The notes under the pieces were generated by a model, which was not told where the DNA came from, searched no databases, and was given only the letters and a program-made list of their open reading frames with translations. From the NCBI GenBank assembly GCA_900551095.1, contig URUJ01000006.1, forward strand, positions 4,925-68,924: a stretch of DNA of 64,000 nucleotides. The letters run 5' to 3'. Shown piece by piece: positions 1 through 9,652 of this stretch (position 1 is its first letter; the number at the start of each line of letters is the position of its first letter). The translations under genes were made by a program, and so were the position numbers. This stretch comes from an uncultured Anaerococcus sp. (lineage in GTDB: Bacteria; Bacillota; Clostridia; Tissierellales; Peptoniphilaceae).

Positions 1-826
1 CTAGCAAGTCAACTGCACGAGAGCCCATAGCTGAACCCAATAATCTATCTACTGCAGATGGTGAACCACCTCTTTGTACATGGCCTAAAACTGTAACTTT
101 TGTCTCAATACCTGTTTTTTCTTCAAGTTCGTTTGCTAGGGCATATGGATCACCAACACCTTCTGCAAGGGTAATTAAGTGGTGAAGTTTTCCCCTTTTC
201 CTACCATGTTCCATCTTGGCAATTATTTCATTAATTGAGAACTTATGTTCAGGTACGATAATGGATTCTGCTCCGCCTGCAAGACCTGAATATAAGGCAA
301 GATCTCCACAGTTACGACCCATTACTTCTATTACAACAGCTCTACCGTGAGAACTTGAAGTATCCCTTAGTTTACCTATGGCATCTGATACTGTTTCTAT
401 AGCTGTGAAAAATCCTATAGTGTAATCAGTATAGCCCATATCGTTATCAATAGTTCCAGGTATACCTATAGTTTTAATTCCTAAATCTGATAGAGCCTTA
501 GCTCCCTTAAAAGATCCGTCTCCACCAATTACGATAAGTCCTTCTATACCATAATCTGCAAGGATTTGTGCCCCTCTTTTTTGCCCTTCTGGGGTCTCAA
601 ATTCAAGGCTTCTTGCAGTACCAAGTATAGTACCGCCCTTGTGAATTATATCAGCAACTGATGATATATTCATTTCATATATATCGCCTTTCATAAGACC
701 ATCGTAACCGTTTCTGACACCCTTAATTCTCATTGATTTATTAAATGCGGTTCTAACTGCTCCCCTTATGGCAGAATTCATGCCAGGTGCATCACCACCA
801 CTAGTAAGTATGCCTATTGTCTTCAT
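1..826 (-). CDS. pfkA: 6-phosphofructokinase (3' end outside window)
   Basis: Not in ORF track. Reverse strand from 826 reads [25 protein letters not shown] and later contains GGDGS, GTIDND and EVMGR motifs. RBS (GAGGAG) upstream. Confidence 0.95.
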   Translation of the reverse strand, partial: MKTIGILTSGGDAPGMNSAIRGAVRTAFNKSMRIKGVRNGYDGLMKGDIYEMNISSVADIIHKGGTILGTARSLEFETPEGQKRGAQILADYGIEGLIVIGGDGSFKGAKALSDLGIKTIGIPGTIDNDMGYTDYTIGFFTAIETVSDAIGKLRDTSSSHGRAVVIEVMGRNCGDLALYSGLAGGAESIIVPEHKFSINEIIAKMEHGRKRGKLHHLITLAEGVGDPYALANELEEKTGIETKVTVLGHVQRGGSPSAVDRLLGSAMGSRAVDLL

Positions 827-835
827 TATTTCTCC

Positions 836-3800
836 TCATTTACTTTTAACATTTTCTTTTCCTAGCTTATCTTCAAGTAGTTTCATGGTGTTATCATTTA
901 AATTAACCCACAATTTAGAATCTAAGCCAACTAACTTTTTCTTATCTTCAAAATATATCTTTACAGGATTTTTGCCTAAATTTGCCAACAAAATCCCTTT
1001 GATATCATTATACTCGTTATATCTCATTTTTAGATATAAAGTTTTAAGGTTTGACTTTTCTATATCAATAAATTCTGATGCTAATAATTTTACGTCACTT
1101 TCGTCAGTTTGCAATCTACCTTTTGCAATCACAACGTTATCATCATCAATTAATCCTCTAAACTGGCTATATGTCTTAGGGAAAATTACCATTTCTATAT
1201 TGCCATACATATCTTCAAGGGAAGCAAAGGCCATTAGATCTCTTTTTTTGGTGGTAAGTTCCTTTTTATTGTTAATAATCCCTGCCATGGTGACAAATTT
1301 ACCGTCAAGTCTTGCTATATTTTTTTCACCCAAATCTTCCCTAAAATTGGTGGTAAAATTAACAATATTTGATAAGGCAAGACTTCTTTCTGACAAAGGA
1401 TGTTCTGAAATGTAAAAACCTAATACTTCCTTTTCAAGTTTAAGTTTTACCTTCTTAGGATATTCGTCAATATTTGGCATATCTATATCTGTCTCTTCGT
1501 TAGAACCTGCTAGATCAAGAAGATTTATTTGACCTGTGACATTTATCTTGTTGTTATCGTGAACCGTATTTATAGCCTTCTCAAAAATCGCCATTAAAGA
1601 TGACCTAGTATAGCCCAAACTATCAAAGGCTCCAGCCTTGATAAGAGATTCTATTCCTTTTTTATTTAGAGCCCTAGAATCTGTATCTTCGACTCTTTCT
1701 AGGAAATTTTTAAAATTTGTAAAACTTCCTCCTTCATTTCTTGCCTTGATTATAGCTTCAATCAGGTTCACACCAACATTTTTTATACCTGACAGACCAA
1801 AAATAATTTTTTTATCCTCTACCTCAAATGATCCATAGGATTTATTTATATCTGGTGCAAGGACTTCGATTCCTAGCCTCTTTGTTTCCGATACGTAGGT
1901 GTAAAGTTTTCCCGTCTGATCCATCACCGAAGAAATCAGATTTGCCATATATTCTTCCGGATAATAATACTTTAAGTATGCAGTTTGTACTGCTACCAAA
2001 GAATATGCTGCGGAGTGAGATTTGTTAAAAGCGTATTTTGCAAAGGAAATCATTTCATCATAGATTGTATTTGCAGCCTCTTTTTTCACTCCATTTCTCA
2101 CAGCCCCAGGAATTATTACTTCGCCTATTTCATTGACTTTTCCATTTATAAAAATATCTCTATTTTCTTCCATAACAGCCATTTTCTTTTTGCTCATGGC
2201 TCGTCTTAAATTATCAGCTTCTCCAAGGGAATAGCCTGCAAGTTGTTGAACTATTTGCATTACCTGTTCTTGGTAAACAATTATGCCGTAGGTTACACCT
2301 AGAATTGGCTTTAATTTTTCATCAAGAAATGTTACATCTCCCGGATTATTTTTGTTGTGAATATATTTTGGAATTTCATCCATTGGTCCTGGTCTAAACA
2401 GCGAGTTTGCAGCTATTAAGTCATCAAAAACAGTTGGTTTTAAATTCTTAAGAAAGGCTCTCATGCCAGCTGACTCAAACTGAAATAGGCCTATAGTTTT
2501 GGCTTGGTTAAATTGTTTGATGACGTTTTTGTCGTTAACATCAATATTTCTTATATCTATATCAACATCATAATTTTTCTTAATATCCTTGATGGTATCC
2601 TTGATTACTGTGAGGTTTCTAAGTCCCAAAAAGTCCATCTTTAACAATCCAAGTTCTTCAATCTCTGTCATATCAAATTGGCTTACAACCTGATCATTTG
2701 ATAGGGCAAGGGGAATGATATCTGTAAGGGGGTCTTTTGAAATAACCACGCCTGCCGCATGGATTGATGTGTGGCGAGGAAGAGCTTCAAGTTTTTTTGC
2801 TGTATCTATAAGTCTCTTGCTTTCAGCATCTTTTTGGTAGGAAGACCTAAAGGCATCTGATTCACTTAGAGCCTTATCAATTGTCATACCTATTGTAGCT
2901 GGAATTTGTTTGGCAATGGTATCTACCTTGCCATAGGCAATGTCTAAAACTCTTCCTACATCTCTAATGGCATTTCTAGCCTGCATCCTACCGAAAGTTA
3001 CGATTTGGGATACGTGGTCTTTTCCATAAAGGTCGTTAACATAGTCAACTACCCTATCTCTTAAGACATAATCAAAGTCGATATCAATATCCGGCATTGA
3101 TACCCTTTCAGGATTTAAAAATCTTTCAAAAATCAAATCATATTTCAAAGGGTCAATCTGTGTTATATCAAGAGCATAGGAAACTATAGATCCTGCTGCA
3201 GATCCTCTTCCAGGGCCAACTGCAATGTCATTTTTTCTAGAATAATTTACAAAATCCCACACAATTAGGAAATAATCTACATAACCCATGGAGTTAATAA
3301 CGTCAATTTCCTTTTTTGCTCTGTCCACAATTTCGTCGGTGACTATCTCATATTTCTCACTAAGTCCCTCATTAACAAGTAATTTCAAATAATCTAAATT
3401 AGAAAGACCCTCTGGAAGTTTTGTGTAGTAAGGCAAGTGAGGTTGATGAAATTTAATTTCAACGTTGCACCTATCTGCGATTTTTCTGGTATTTTCTATT
3501 GCTCTTTCATAATCTTTGAAAATAGTTGCCATAGTTTCAGAGTCTTTTAGGTAAAATTCCCTATTTGGCATCCTCATCCTGTCTTCATCTTTAATTAATG
3601 ATCCTGTTTGGATGCACAAGAGGACGTCTTGGTAGTAGGAATCTTCCTTATTTATATAATGGACATCATTTGTCGCAACCATCTCTATACCAAGCTTCCT
3701 ATGAAGATAAGCTACTCCCTTATTGACATTTTTTTGCTCAGGCATACCATGGTCTTGGACTTCTAGAAAATACGAACCCTTGCCAAAGGCTTTTTCATAT

Positions 3801-4282
3801 TTTTGGGCTGTCTTTATAGCAGTTTCCATGTCATCTTCTAGAATTCTTTGGTTAACTTCACCATTTAGACAGGCAGAAAGGGCAATCAGTCCTTCTGTAT
3901 GCTCTTTTATAAAGTCAAAAGATACCCTTGGTTTATAGTAAAAACCATTCACATAAGCTTCAGAGACAATTTTAACCAAATTTTTATAGCCAGTATTATT
4001 TTCCGCAAGCAAAATTAAGTGGTAGTACCTTCTGTTTATCGGATCTTTTATCTTATGGTCTCTTTCAGATACATAAACTTCGCATCCGATAATAGGCTTA
4101 ATACCACGTTTTTGTGCCTGTTTATAAAATTCTATGACCCCATACATCTGACCATGGTCTGTGATAGCAACAGAATCCATGCCGAGTTCTTTACACCTGT
4201 CCAATAGTTCATCTATCCTTGTAAAACCATCAAGGAGAGAATATTCTGTATGGAGGTGGAGGTGGGTAAATTTTGTAGTCAT
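836..4282 (-). CDS. dnaE: DNA polymerase III alpha subunit
   Basis: PHP domain HLHLHTEYSLLDG, GPGRGSAAGS, PDIDIDF, YAFNKSH motifs; 1148 aa. Confidence 0.97.
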   Translation of the reverse strand: MTTKFTHLHLHTEYSLLDGFTRIDELLDRCKELGMDSVAITDHGQMYGVIEFYKQAQKRGIKPIIGCEVYVSERDHKIKDPINRRYYHLILLAENNTGYKNLVKIVSEAYVNGFYYKPRVSFDFIKEHTEGLIALSACLNGEVNQRILEDDMETAIKTAQKYEKAFGKGSYFLEVQDHGMPEQKNVNKGVAYLHRKLGIEMVATNDVHYINKEDSYYQDVLLCIQTGSLIKDEDRMRMPNREFYLKDSETMATIFKDYERAIENTRKIADRCNVEIKFHQPHLPYYTKLPEGLSNLDYLKLLVNEGLSEKYEIVTDEIVDRAKKEIDVINSMGYVDYFLIVWDFVNYSRKNDIAVGPGRGSAAGSIVSYALDITQIDPLKYDLIFERFLNPERVSMPDIDIDFDYVLRDRVVDYVNDLYGKDHVSQIVTFGRMQARNAIRDVGRVLDIAYGKVDTIAKQIPATIGMTIDKALSESDAFRSSYQKDAESKRLIDTAKKLEALPRHTSIHAAGVVISKDPLTDIIPLALSNDQVVSQFDMTEIEELGLLKMDFLGLRNLTVIKDTIKDIKKNYDVDIDIRNIDVNDKNVIKQFNQAKTIGLFQFESAGMRAFLKNLKPTVFDDLIAANSLFRPGPMDEIPKYIHNKNNPGDVTFLDEKLKPILGVTYGIIVYQEQVMQIVQQLAGYSLGEADNLRRAMSKKKMAVMEENRDIFINGKVNEIGEVIIPGAVRNGVKKEAANTIYDEMISFAKYAFNKSHSAAYSLVAVQTAYLKYYYPEEYMANLISSVMDQTGKLYTYVSETKRLGIEVLAPDINKSYGSFEVEDKKIIFGLSGIKNVGVNLIEAIIKARNEGGSFTNFKNFLERVEDTDSRALNKKGIESLIKAGAFDSLGYTRSSLMAIFEKAINTVHDNNKINVTGQINLLDLAGSNEETDIDMPNIDEYPKKVKLKLEKEVLGFYISEHPLSERSLALSNIVNFTTNFREDLGEKNIARLDGKFVTMAGIINNKKELTTKKRDLMAFASLEDMYGNIEMVIFPKTYSQFRGLIDDDNVVIAKGRLQTDESDVKLLASEFIDIEKSNLKTLYLKMRYNEYNDIKGILLANLGKNPVKIYFEDKKKLVGLDSKLWVNLNDNTMKLLEDKLGKENVKSK

Positions 4283-4310
4283 AGTAGCTCCTTTAAAAAA
4301 AGACTTGCTT

Positions 4311-5213
4311 TCACAAATCTTTTGCTAATTTGATAAACTTTTGCAATCTATAATTAACTTTGGCCTTGCTTAATGGAGGATTTAGCATCTCCCCAAGTTC
4401 ATCCAATGACAAGTAAGGATTTTCAAGGCGAAGTTCTGCTATTTTCTGACTCAAAGCATCAAATTCATCAAATCTATTATTTGCAATAGTTTTATTAATT
4501 GCATCAACTTGAGTCATAGCAGCTTTAATTGTCCTATCTATATTGGCATTATCAAAATTATTTATCCTATTAACATCGTTTCTTATAGACTTCATCGCCC
4601 TTACATTTTCTAATTCAAAAAGCGACTGCATAGCCCCTATAACAGCCAAAAAATCTGAAATCTTATCAGAATCTTTCAGGTAAATTATGTAATTATCTAA
4701 TCTTTTGCTTAACTTTGCATTTAGATTAAAAGCGTCCATAGATTCTTCTATAAGTCTGGCTTCCTCGATATTTTTGCCAACAATTTCAAGATTGTATCCT
4801 CTCTGAGGATCATTAACTGACCCTCTAAAAATAAAGGCAATCTTTAAAAATCCTTTAATTTGATCTAATTTAACATCATCAATATTTTCACTTTTTTCTA
4901 TAAAACCGTGATTTATTAGATTCATTAAATCATCTGATACAGTAGAATCTTCAATTATTACTACATAGTCTCGATTGTTTTTTTTATCAAAGTTATCCTG
5001 AATTTCAAAAGTTGGAGAATAGCCATATAAATCAGCGATTAGTTTATAGATATACCTTGCTTCTTGGTTAGAATCAGTTTTAAATATTACATTAAAACCT
5101 GATGATGAAATCCTAACCGAACCTATAAAATGGACCAAGGATATAAGTTCTCCTTCAAGGTCGTGGGGTTCTTTTTTTAAAAGCTCCTTCTTACATCTTT
5201 GAGAAAAACTCAT
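4311..5213 (-). CDS. whiA: DNA-binding protein WhiA
   Basis: GSVNDP, IYLKDSDKISDFL, RNDVNRINNFDNANI and C-terminal HTH; near rapZ. Confidence 0.9.
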   Translation of the reverse strand: MSFSQRCKKELLKKEPHDLEGELISLVHFIGSVRISSSGFNVIFKTDSNQEARYIYKLIADLYGYSPTFEIQDNFDKKNNRDYVVIIEDSTVSDDLMNLINHGFIEKSENIDDVKLDQIKGFLKIAFIFRGSVNDPQRGYNLEIVGKNIEEARLIEESMDAFNLNAKLSKRLDNYIIYLKDSDKISDFLAVIGAMQSLFELENVRAMKSIRNDVNRINNFDNANIDRTIKAAMTQVDAINKTIANNRFDEFDALSQKIAELRLENPYLSLDELGEMLNPPLSKAKVNYRLQKFIKLAKDL

Positions 5214-5214
5214 A

Positions 5215-5931
5215 CTAATCCCTTATCCTTCTCCTTAGTAGGTCGATGTCTTTTTGATTGGCCTTGGCATATAAAAGATAATTTTCAAAACTATCGTATT
5301 TTCTAATCACATAATCATAAGCTTCCTTCATGTAATAAGGATCTGTGATTCTAAAAATAGAGAAGGGCTCGTCTTCACCATATCTTTCAATATAGCCAAG
5401 ATGAGCTGATGATGTTTCATAATCAGCTATAATATCTCCCCTAGGCACTTCAGCAAGACCCATAATTATCATTGAGACAATTCCTGTCCTATCCTTGCCT
5501 TCTTGGCAGTGAAAAAGTACAGCCTCTTCCGCATTTGCTAGGACTTTTACTATTTCTCTGATAGCTTTGTAGTGGTCAATTAGATTTCTATAAGACTGGC
5601 CAACAGAAATTTTGCCTGAAATTATCTTCTCAATTTCCTCTTTTCTAAATTCCTTATCCGGAGCTAGGGAAATATGGTGGTAGTCAAAGTTTCCTTTAAT
5701 TTTTTTATGGGTCTCTGACTCAAAATTTATTTCGTTTTCTCTTCTTAAATCTATTATAGTTGTAATATTTAGATTTTTTAATTCTTTTATATCAGAATCT
5801 TTCACATCATCAAGGCTTGCTGACCTAAAAAATTCATGCCATTTTGTTGATTTCTTATCTAGTGTAGGAACTCCACCTAGGTCTCTTAGGTTTTTTATAT
5901 TTTCAATGTCTATACGTTTTAAATATCTCAT
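5215..5931 (-). CDS. tyrosine-protein phosphatase family protein (Y_phosphatase3-like)
   Basis: NLRDLGG, IIDLR and catalytic HCQEGKDRTG motif. Confidence 0.88.
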   Translation of the reverse strand: MRYLKRIDIENIKNLRDLGGVPTLDKKSTKWHEFFRSASLDDVKDSDIKELKNLNITTIIDLRRENEINFESETHKKIKGNFDYHHISLAPDKEFRKEEIEKIISGKISVGQSYRNLIDHYKAIREIVKVLANAEEAVLFHCQEGKDRTGIVSMIIMGLAEVPRGDIIADYETSSAHLGYIERYGEDEPFSIFRITDPYYMKEAYDYVIRKYDSFENYLLYAKANQKDIDLLRRRIRD

Positions 5932-5932
5932 C

Positions 5933-6781
5933 TTACCACTTATCCTTTTCTCTATGTCTTTTAATTAATATATAATCATCATCTTTCATTCTTTCGTACA
6001 TTTTTTCTACCATATAGACAGACCTATGTTGACCACCTGTGCAACCAAAAGCTATAGTTATTATATTCTTGCCTTGTTTAGCATAGGAAGGAAGAAGGGT
6101 TTTTATTAGGTCATAGACCCTATCTTCGAACTCCTTGATTATTTCAAATTGGCTTAGATAGTCGGATAATTCTTTGTCTGTACCATTTAATTTCTTAAGC
6201 TCATCTATATAAAACGGATTTGGAATAAATCTAACATCAAAAACAAAATCAAAGTCGGCACTCACACCGTATTTATAACCAAAAGATATAAGGTTTATTA
6301 TCATATTGTTAGTTTTATTTCCACTTGACTCTATTACTTGCCTTAAATCTGCTATTTTATAATTAGAAGTGTCGATTAGCTTATCTGATATATCTTTAAT
6401 TTGCTTTAGGAGTTTCTTTTCCTTTTCTAGACCATCTGAAACATTTCCGTATTCTCCAAGGGGATGTGGTCTTCTTAGTTCGTTGTATCTTTTTTGTATG
6501 ATTTCGTCGCTTGAATAAATAAAGATAATTTCAGTATCCATATTGGCTTTTTTCAGACTTTTTATTGACGCGCAAATATCATTATCTACAGAAAATGACC
6601 TAAAATCTATTACTACAGCCATTTTCTCTATGGGTTTTTCTTGATATTTGTTTAGTTCTATGAATTTTTCAACAAGATATGCTGGAGCATTGTCCATAGC
6701 ATAATATCCTAAATCTTCATAGGCCCTTAGGGCTGTTGTCTTGCCAGATCCTGAAAGGCCTGTAATTATCTTTAATTTCAT
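5933..6781 (-). CDS. rapZ: RNase adapter RapZ/YvcJ P-loop protein
   Basis: GLSGSGKT, SFGYKYG, DVRFIPNPFY, GCTGGQHRSV. Confidence 0.95.
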   Translation of the reverse strand: MKLKIITGLSGSGKTTALRAYEDLGYYAMDNAPAYLVEKFIELNKYQEKPIEKMAVVIDFRSFSVDNDICASIKSLKKANMDTEIIFIYSSDEIIQKRYNELRRPHPLGEYGNVSDGLEKEKKLLKQIKDISDKLIDTSNYKIADLRQVIESSGNKTNNMIINLISFGYKYGVSADFDFVFDVRFIPNPFYIDELKKLNGTDKELSDYLSQFEIIKEFEDRVYDLIKTLLPSYAKQGKNIITIAFGCTGGQHRSVYMVEKMYERMKDDDYILIKRHREKDKW

Positions 6782-6782
6782 C

Positions 6783-7685
6783 TTATAAGTCTCCGACTAG
6801 TTTTACCTCTCGTTCTAAAACGAATCCTGTTTTTTCCTTAACTATACTTGATACGTGGTTGATGAAACTTAGCATTTCATCACATGTAGCCTTATCCCTA
6901 TTTATGATAAAACCACAATGTTTTTCGCTAACCTGACAGTCACCTTCTCTAAAACCTCTTAGCCCACATTCATCAATAAGCTTTGACGCATAGGAACCTG
7001 CTGGTCTTTTAAATGTAGAACCTGCCGATTTTTTATCAAGTGGTTGTTTTGTTTCTCTTCTATTTGTATAATCTAGATATTTCTCTTTAATCTCATCTTT
7101 ATCGCCTTTTCCAAGCTTAAACTTGGCACTAACTACGATTAGATTATCATCAAAAATTCTTGAATGTCTGTAGGAAAAATTCATCTCCTCATTATTGAAA
7201 GTATGAAGATTTCCTTCAAAATCAAAAGCCTTTACCTCGATAGCCACATCTTTTATCTCTCCACCATAAGCTCCAGCATTCATAGCAACACCGCCGCCAA
7301 CAGATCCAGGTATACCGGATATCTCTTCCATACCTGAAAGACCAGCGTTTATTGCAACAAGGCTCGCCTTATTTAAGGATGTTCCTGAAAGAGCTGTGAG
7401 GTATTCGCCCTCTATTTCTACCTTATCAAAATTATCAGCAAGAACTATAACACATCCTCTGATGCCCTTATCTGATACCAAGAGGTTTGAGCCCTTACCC
7501 ATAACGAAAGTTTCTATATCATTATCATAGTTAAATTTTAAAACTTCTTCTAATTCTTCTATGCTAATTGGTCTTATTAAAACATCTGCAGGACCACCTA
7601 TACCAAAAGTAGTAAAGTCTTTTAAATCTTTATTAAAATCTATATTAGTAAAATTTTTATTATTATAAAGAGATTTGTAATCCAT
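6783..7685 (-). CDS. murB: UDP-N-acetylmuramate dehydrogenase
   Basis: TTFGIGGPAD, GKGSNLL, GIPGSVGG..MNAGAYG, SAGSTFKRP, LEREV. Confidence 0.96.
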   Translation of the reverse strand: MDYKSLYNNKNFTNIDFNKDLKDFTTFGIGGPADVLIRPISIEELEEVLKFNYDNDIETFVMGKGSNLLVSDKGIRGCVIVLADNFDKVEIEGEYLTALSGTSLNKASLVAINAGLSGMEEISGIPGSVGGGVAMNAGAYGGEIKDVAIEVKAFDFEGNLHTFNNEEMNFSYRHSRIFDDNLIVVSAKFKLGKGDKDEIKEKYLDYTNRRETKQPLDKKSAGSTFKRPAGSYASKLIDECGLRGFREGDCQVSEKHCGFIINRDKATCDEMLSFINHVSSIVKEKTGFVLEREVKLVGDL

Positions 7686-7822
7686 ATATTCTCCTTTTGT
7701 ATAACTTCTTATACACTATACCATTTCGAGGAGAAAACTCTCTTAAAAATTTCGATATAAAATTTGTAATTTTGATAAAACTTTGGTAGAATAATAAAGA
7801 TGAATAAGGAGGAGGTGTAATT

Positions 7823-8011
7823 ATGGCAAGAGCATGCGATATATGTGGCAAAGGTACAGCTAGCGGAAAATCTGTAACATTCTCACATAGACAAATCAAC
7901 AGAACTTTTAAAGCAAACGTGCACAAGATTAAAGCTATTGTTGATGGCACTCCAAAAACTATTAACGCTTGTACAAAATGTATTAAAAGTGGAAAAGTAG
8001 AAAAAGCTTAA
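7823..8011 (+). CDS. rpmB: 50S ribosomal protein L28
   Basis: MARACDICGKG...SH...RTFKAN...CTKCIKS; strong RBS AGGAGG. Confidence 0.96.
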   Translation: MARACDICGKGTASGKSVTFSHRQINRTFKANVHKIKAIVDGTPKTINACTKCIKSGKVEKA

Positions 8012-8046
8012 GCTTTTTTAGTTTAGTACTAAATTAAAAATTTTTA

Positions 8047-8071
8047 AACTGGCCTTTGGGTCAGTTTTTTA
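8047..8071 (+). terminator. probable intrinsic terminator after rpmB
   Basis: AAACTGGCC-TTTG-GGTCAGTTT hairpin followed by a T run. Confidence 0.6.
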
Positions 8072-8126
8072 ATTTGCATAAAAAATTGCCGGTTTATGAA
8101 AATTTCATTACCAGCAATTTCATTTT

Positions 8127-8786
8127 TTATTCGTATTCTTTGAAAATTTCGTGATAGGCTGTAATTTGTGCCTTGATATCTTTGGCAAAGACATCGCTTC
8201 CTGCCACTATCTCGTCCACACCTAGGTCTAAAACTTCTCTTACATTAGTAGTTTTAATGCCACCATCTACTTGGATTTTTATATCTAAATTATTTTCGTC
8301 AATATAATCTCTGTACATTTTCATGGTCGCTTTACTTTCTTCCATGAATTTTTGTCCACCAAAACCAGGCCTTACACTCATTACCAAAATCAAATCAATT
8401 TGATCAAAATATTCTAAAAGCTCTTTAGGATTTGTTTCAGGTTTTGCAGTTAATCCTACTTCAATGCCAGCATCTCTTATTGCTTTTAATGTCCCCCTAA
8501 GGTCTTTACAAGCTTCGTAGTGGACAGTTATCCTATCGCTACCAGCCTTTTTAAATTTATCTATATATCTAATTGGCTCTTCTATCATTAGATGAGTATC
8601 GAAAAAGTAATCATTTTTATCACGAATATCTGATATAATTTTAAAACCAAAGGAAATATTTGGTACAAATATTCCATCCATGACATCAATGTGTATCATT
8701 TCCAGACCACATCCCTTTGTCTTATCTAAATCCCCTTGTAAATTTGCAAAATTCGCTGAAAGTATTGATGGTGATAGTTTTACCAT
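8127..8786 (-). CDS. rpe: ribulose-phosphate 3-epimerase
   Basis: SPSILSANF, HIDVMDGIFVPN, MSVRPGFGGQKF, VDGGI. Confidence 0.96.
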   Translation of the reverse strand: MVKLSPSILSANFANLQGDLDKTKGCGLEMIHIDVMDGIFVPNISFGFKIISDIRDKNDYFFDTHLMIEEPIRYIDKFKKAGSDRITVHYEACKDLRGTLKAIRDAGIEVGLTAKPETNPKELLEYFDQIDLILVMSVRPGFGGQKFMEESKATMKMYRDYIDENNLDIKIQVDGGIKTTNVREVLDLGVDEIVAGSDVFAKDIKAQITAYHEIFKEYE

Positions 8787-9652
8787 TTGTTTAATCTCCT
8801 TTGTTTTAATTCTTCAAATAACTGGACATAATTCTTGTAACGTGACTTAGAAATTTTGCCTTTTCCCAAATCTTCCTTGACCCTACAAGCCGGTTCATTT
8901 ATATGGTTACAATCTTTAAATTTACAATTTCTATTCCTTAGTTCTACAAAAGTATTTTTAAGGTCATTTTCATCTTCTAAAAAATCAAAGTCAAAAGAAT
9001 CAAAGCCTGGAGTATCAAAGATGAAAGTCTGATCAAAAAGTTTAAAAATCTCCGTGTGGCGGGTTGTATTTTTCCCTCTTTTTGATTTCTCGCTAATATC
9101 TCCAATTTCTATTTCTCTATCAATTAAATTTGACAAAAATGTAGATTTGCCAACACCAGAAGCGCCAGATACTGCTGAAGTCTTTCCCTTTAGAATTTCC
9201 ATTATTTTATCCTTTGGAAAATCATTATAGTTATCAATTAGAAAAATCTCATAACCGATATTTTGATAAATATCTACCAAATCTTTAATTTCTTCACTTG
9301 AAGCAAGGTCTATTTTTGTAAGCATTATTGTTACAGAAATATTCAAATACTCACACATAGCCAGGTACTTATCAAGATTATACAGATTTAGTGGTGGATT
9401 GTTTATTGTTATGAAAACCAAAAGCTTGTCAATATTTGCAATATTCGGTCTTTTTATTTCATTTTTACGCTCTATAAGTTTTGTGATGTAAGCTTTATTT
9501 TCTTCTAATGCTTCTATTTCAACGTTATCTCCTACTAGAGGTTTTTTATCTTTTACCCTAAAATTCCCCCTAGCCTTGGCCATGTAAACTTTCTCTTTTG
9601 TATCTACATAATATAACTCTTTTTGACTTTTTATTATCTTTCCAATCATCAA
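8780..9652 (-). CDS. rsgA: ribosome small subunit-dependent GTPase A
   Basis: TKID, GASGVGKS, GKNTTR, DTPGF, C-terminal CKFKDCNHINEPAC zinc site. Confidence 0.95.
   Translation of the reverse strand: MMIGKIIKSQKELYYVDTKEKVYMAKARGNFRVKDKKPLVGDNVEIEALEENKAYITKLIERKNEIKRPNIANIDKLLVFITINNPPLNLYNLDKYLAMCEYLNISVTIMLTKIDLASSEEIKDLVDIYQNIGYEIFLIDNYNDFPKDKIMEILKGKTSAVSGASGVGKSTFLSNLIDREIEIGDISEKSKRGKNTTRHTEIFKLFDQTFIFDTPGFDSFDFDFLEDENDLKNTFVELRNRNCKFKDCNHINEPACRVKEDLGKGKISKSRYKNYVQLFEELKQRRLNKW

Noticed and set aside
768..1415. 215-aa + strand ORF and similar antisense ORFs (e.g. 28811-29338, 15598-16050, 31085-31507)
   Set aside because: Antisense shadows of well-supported housekeeping genes (dnaE, pyrH, def, thiD) with no recognisable motifs.
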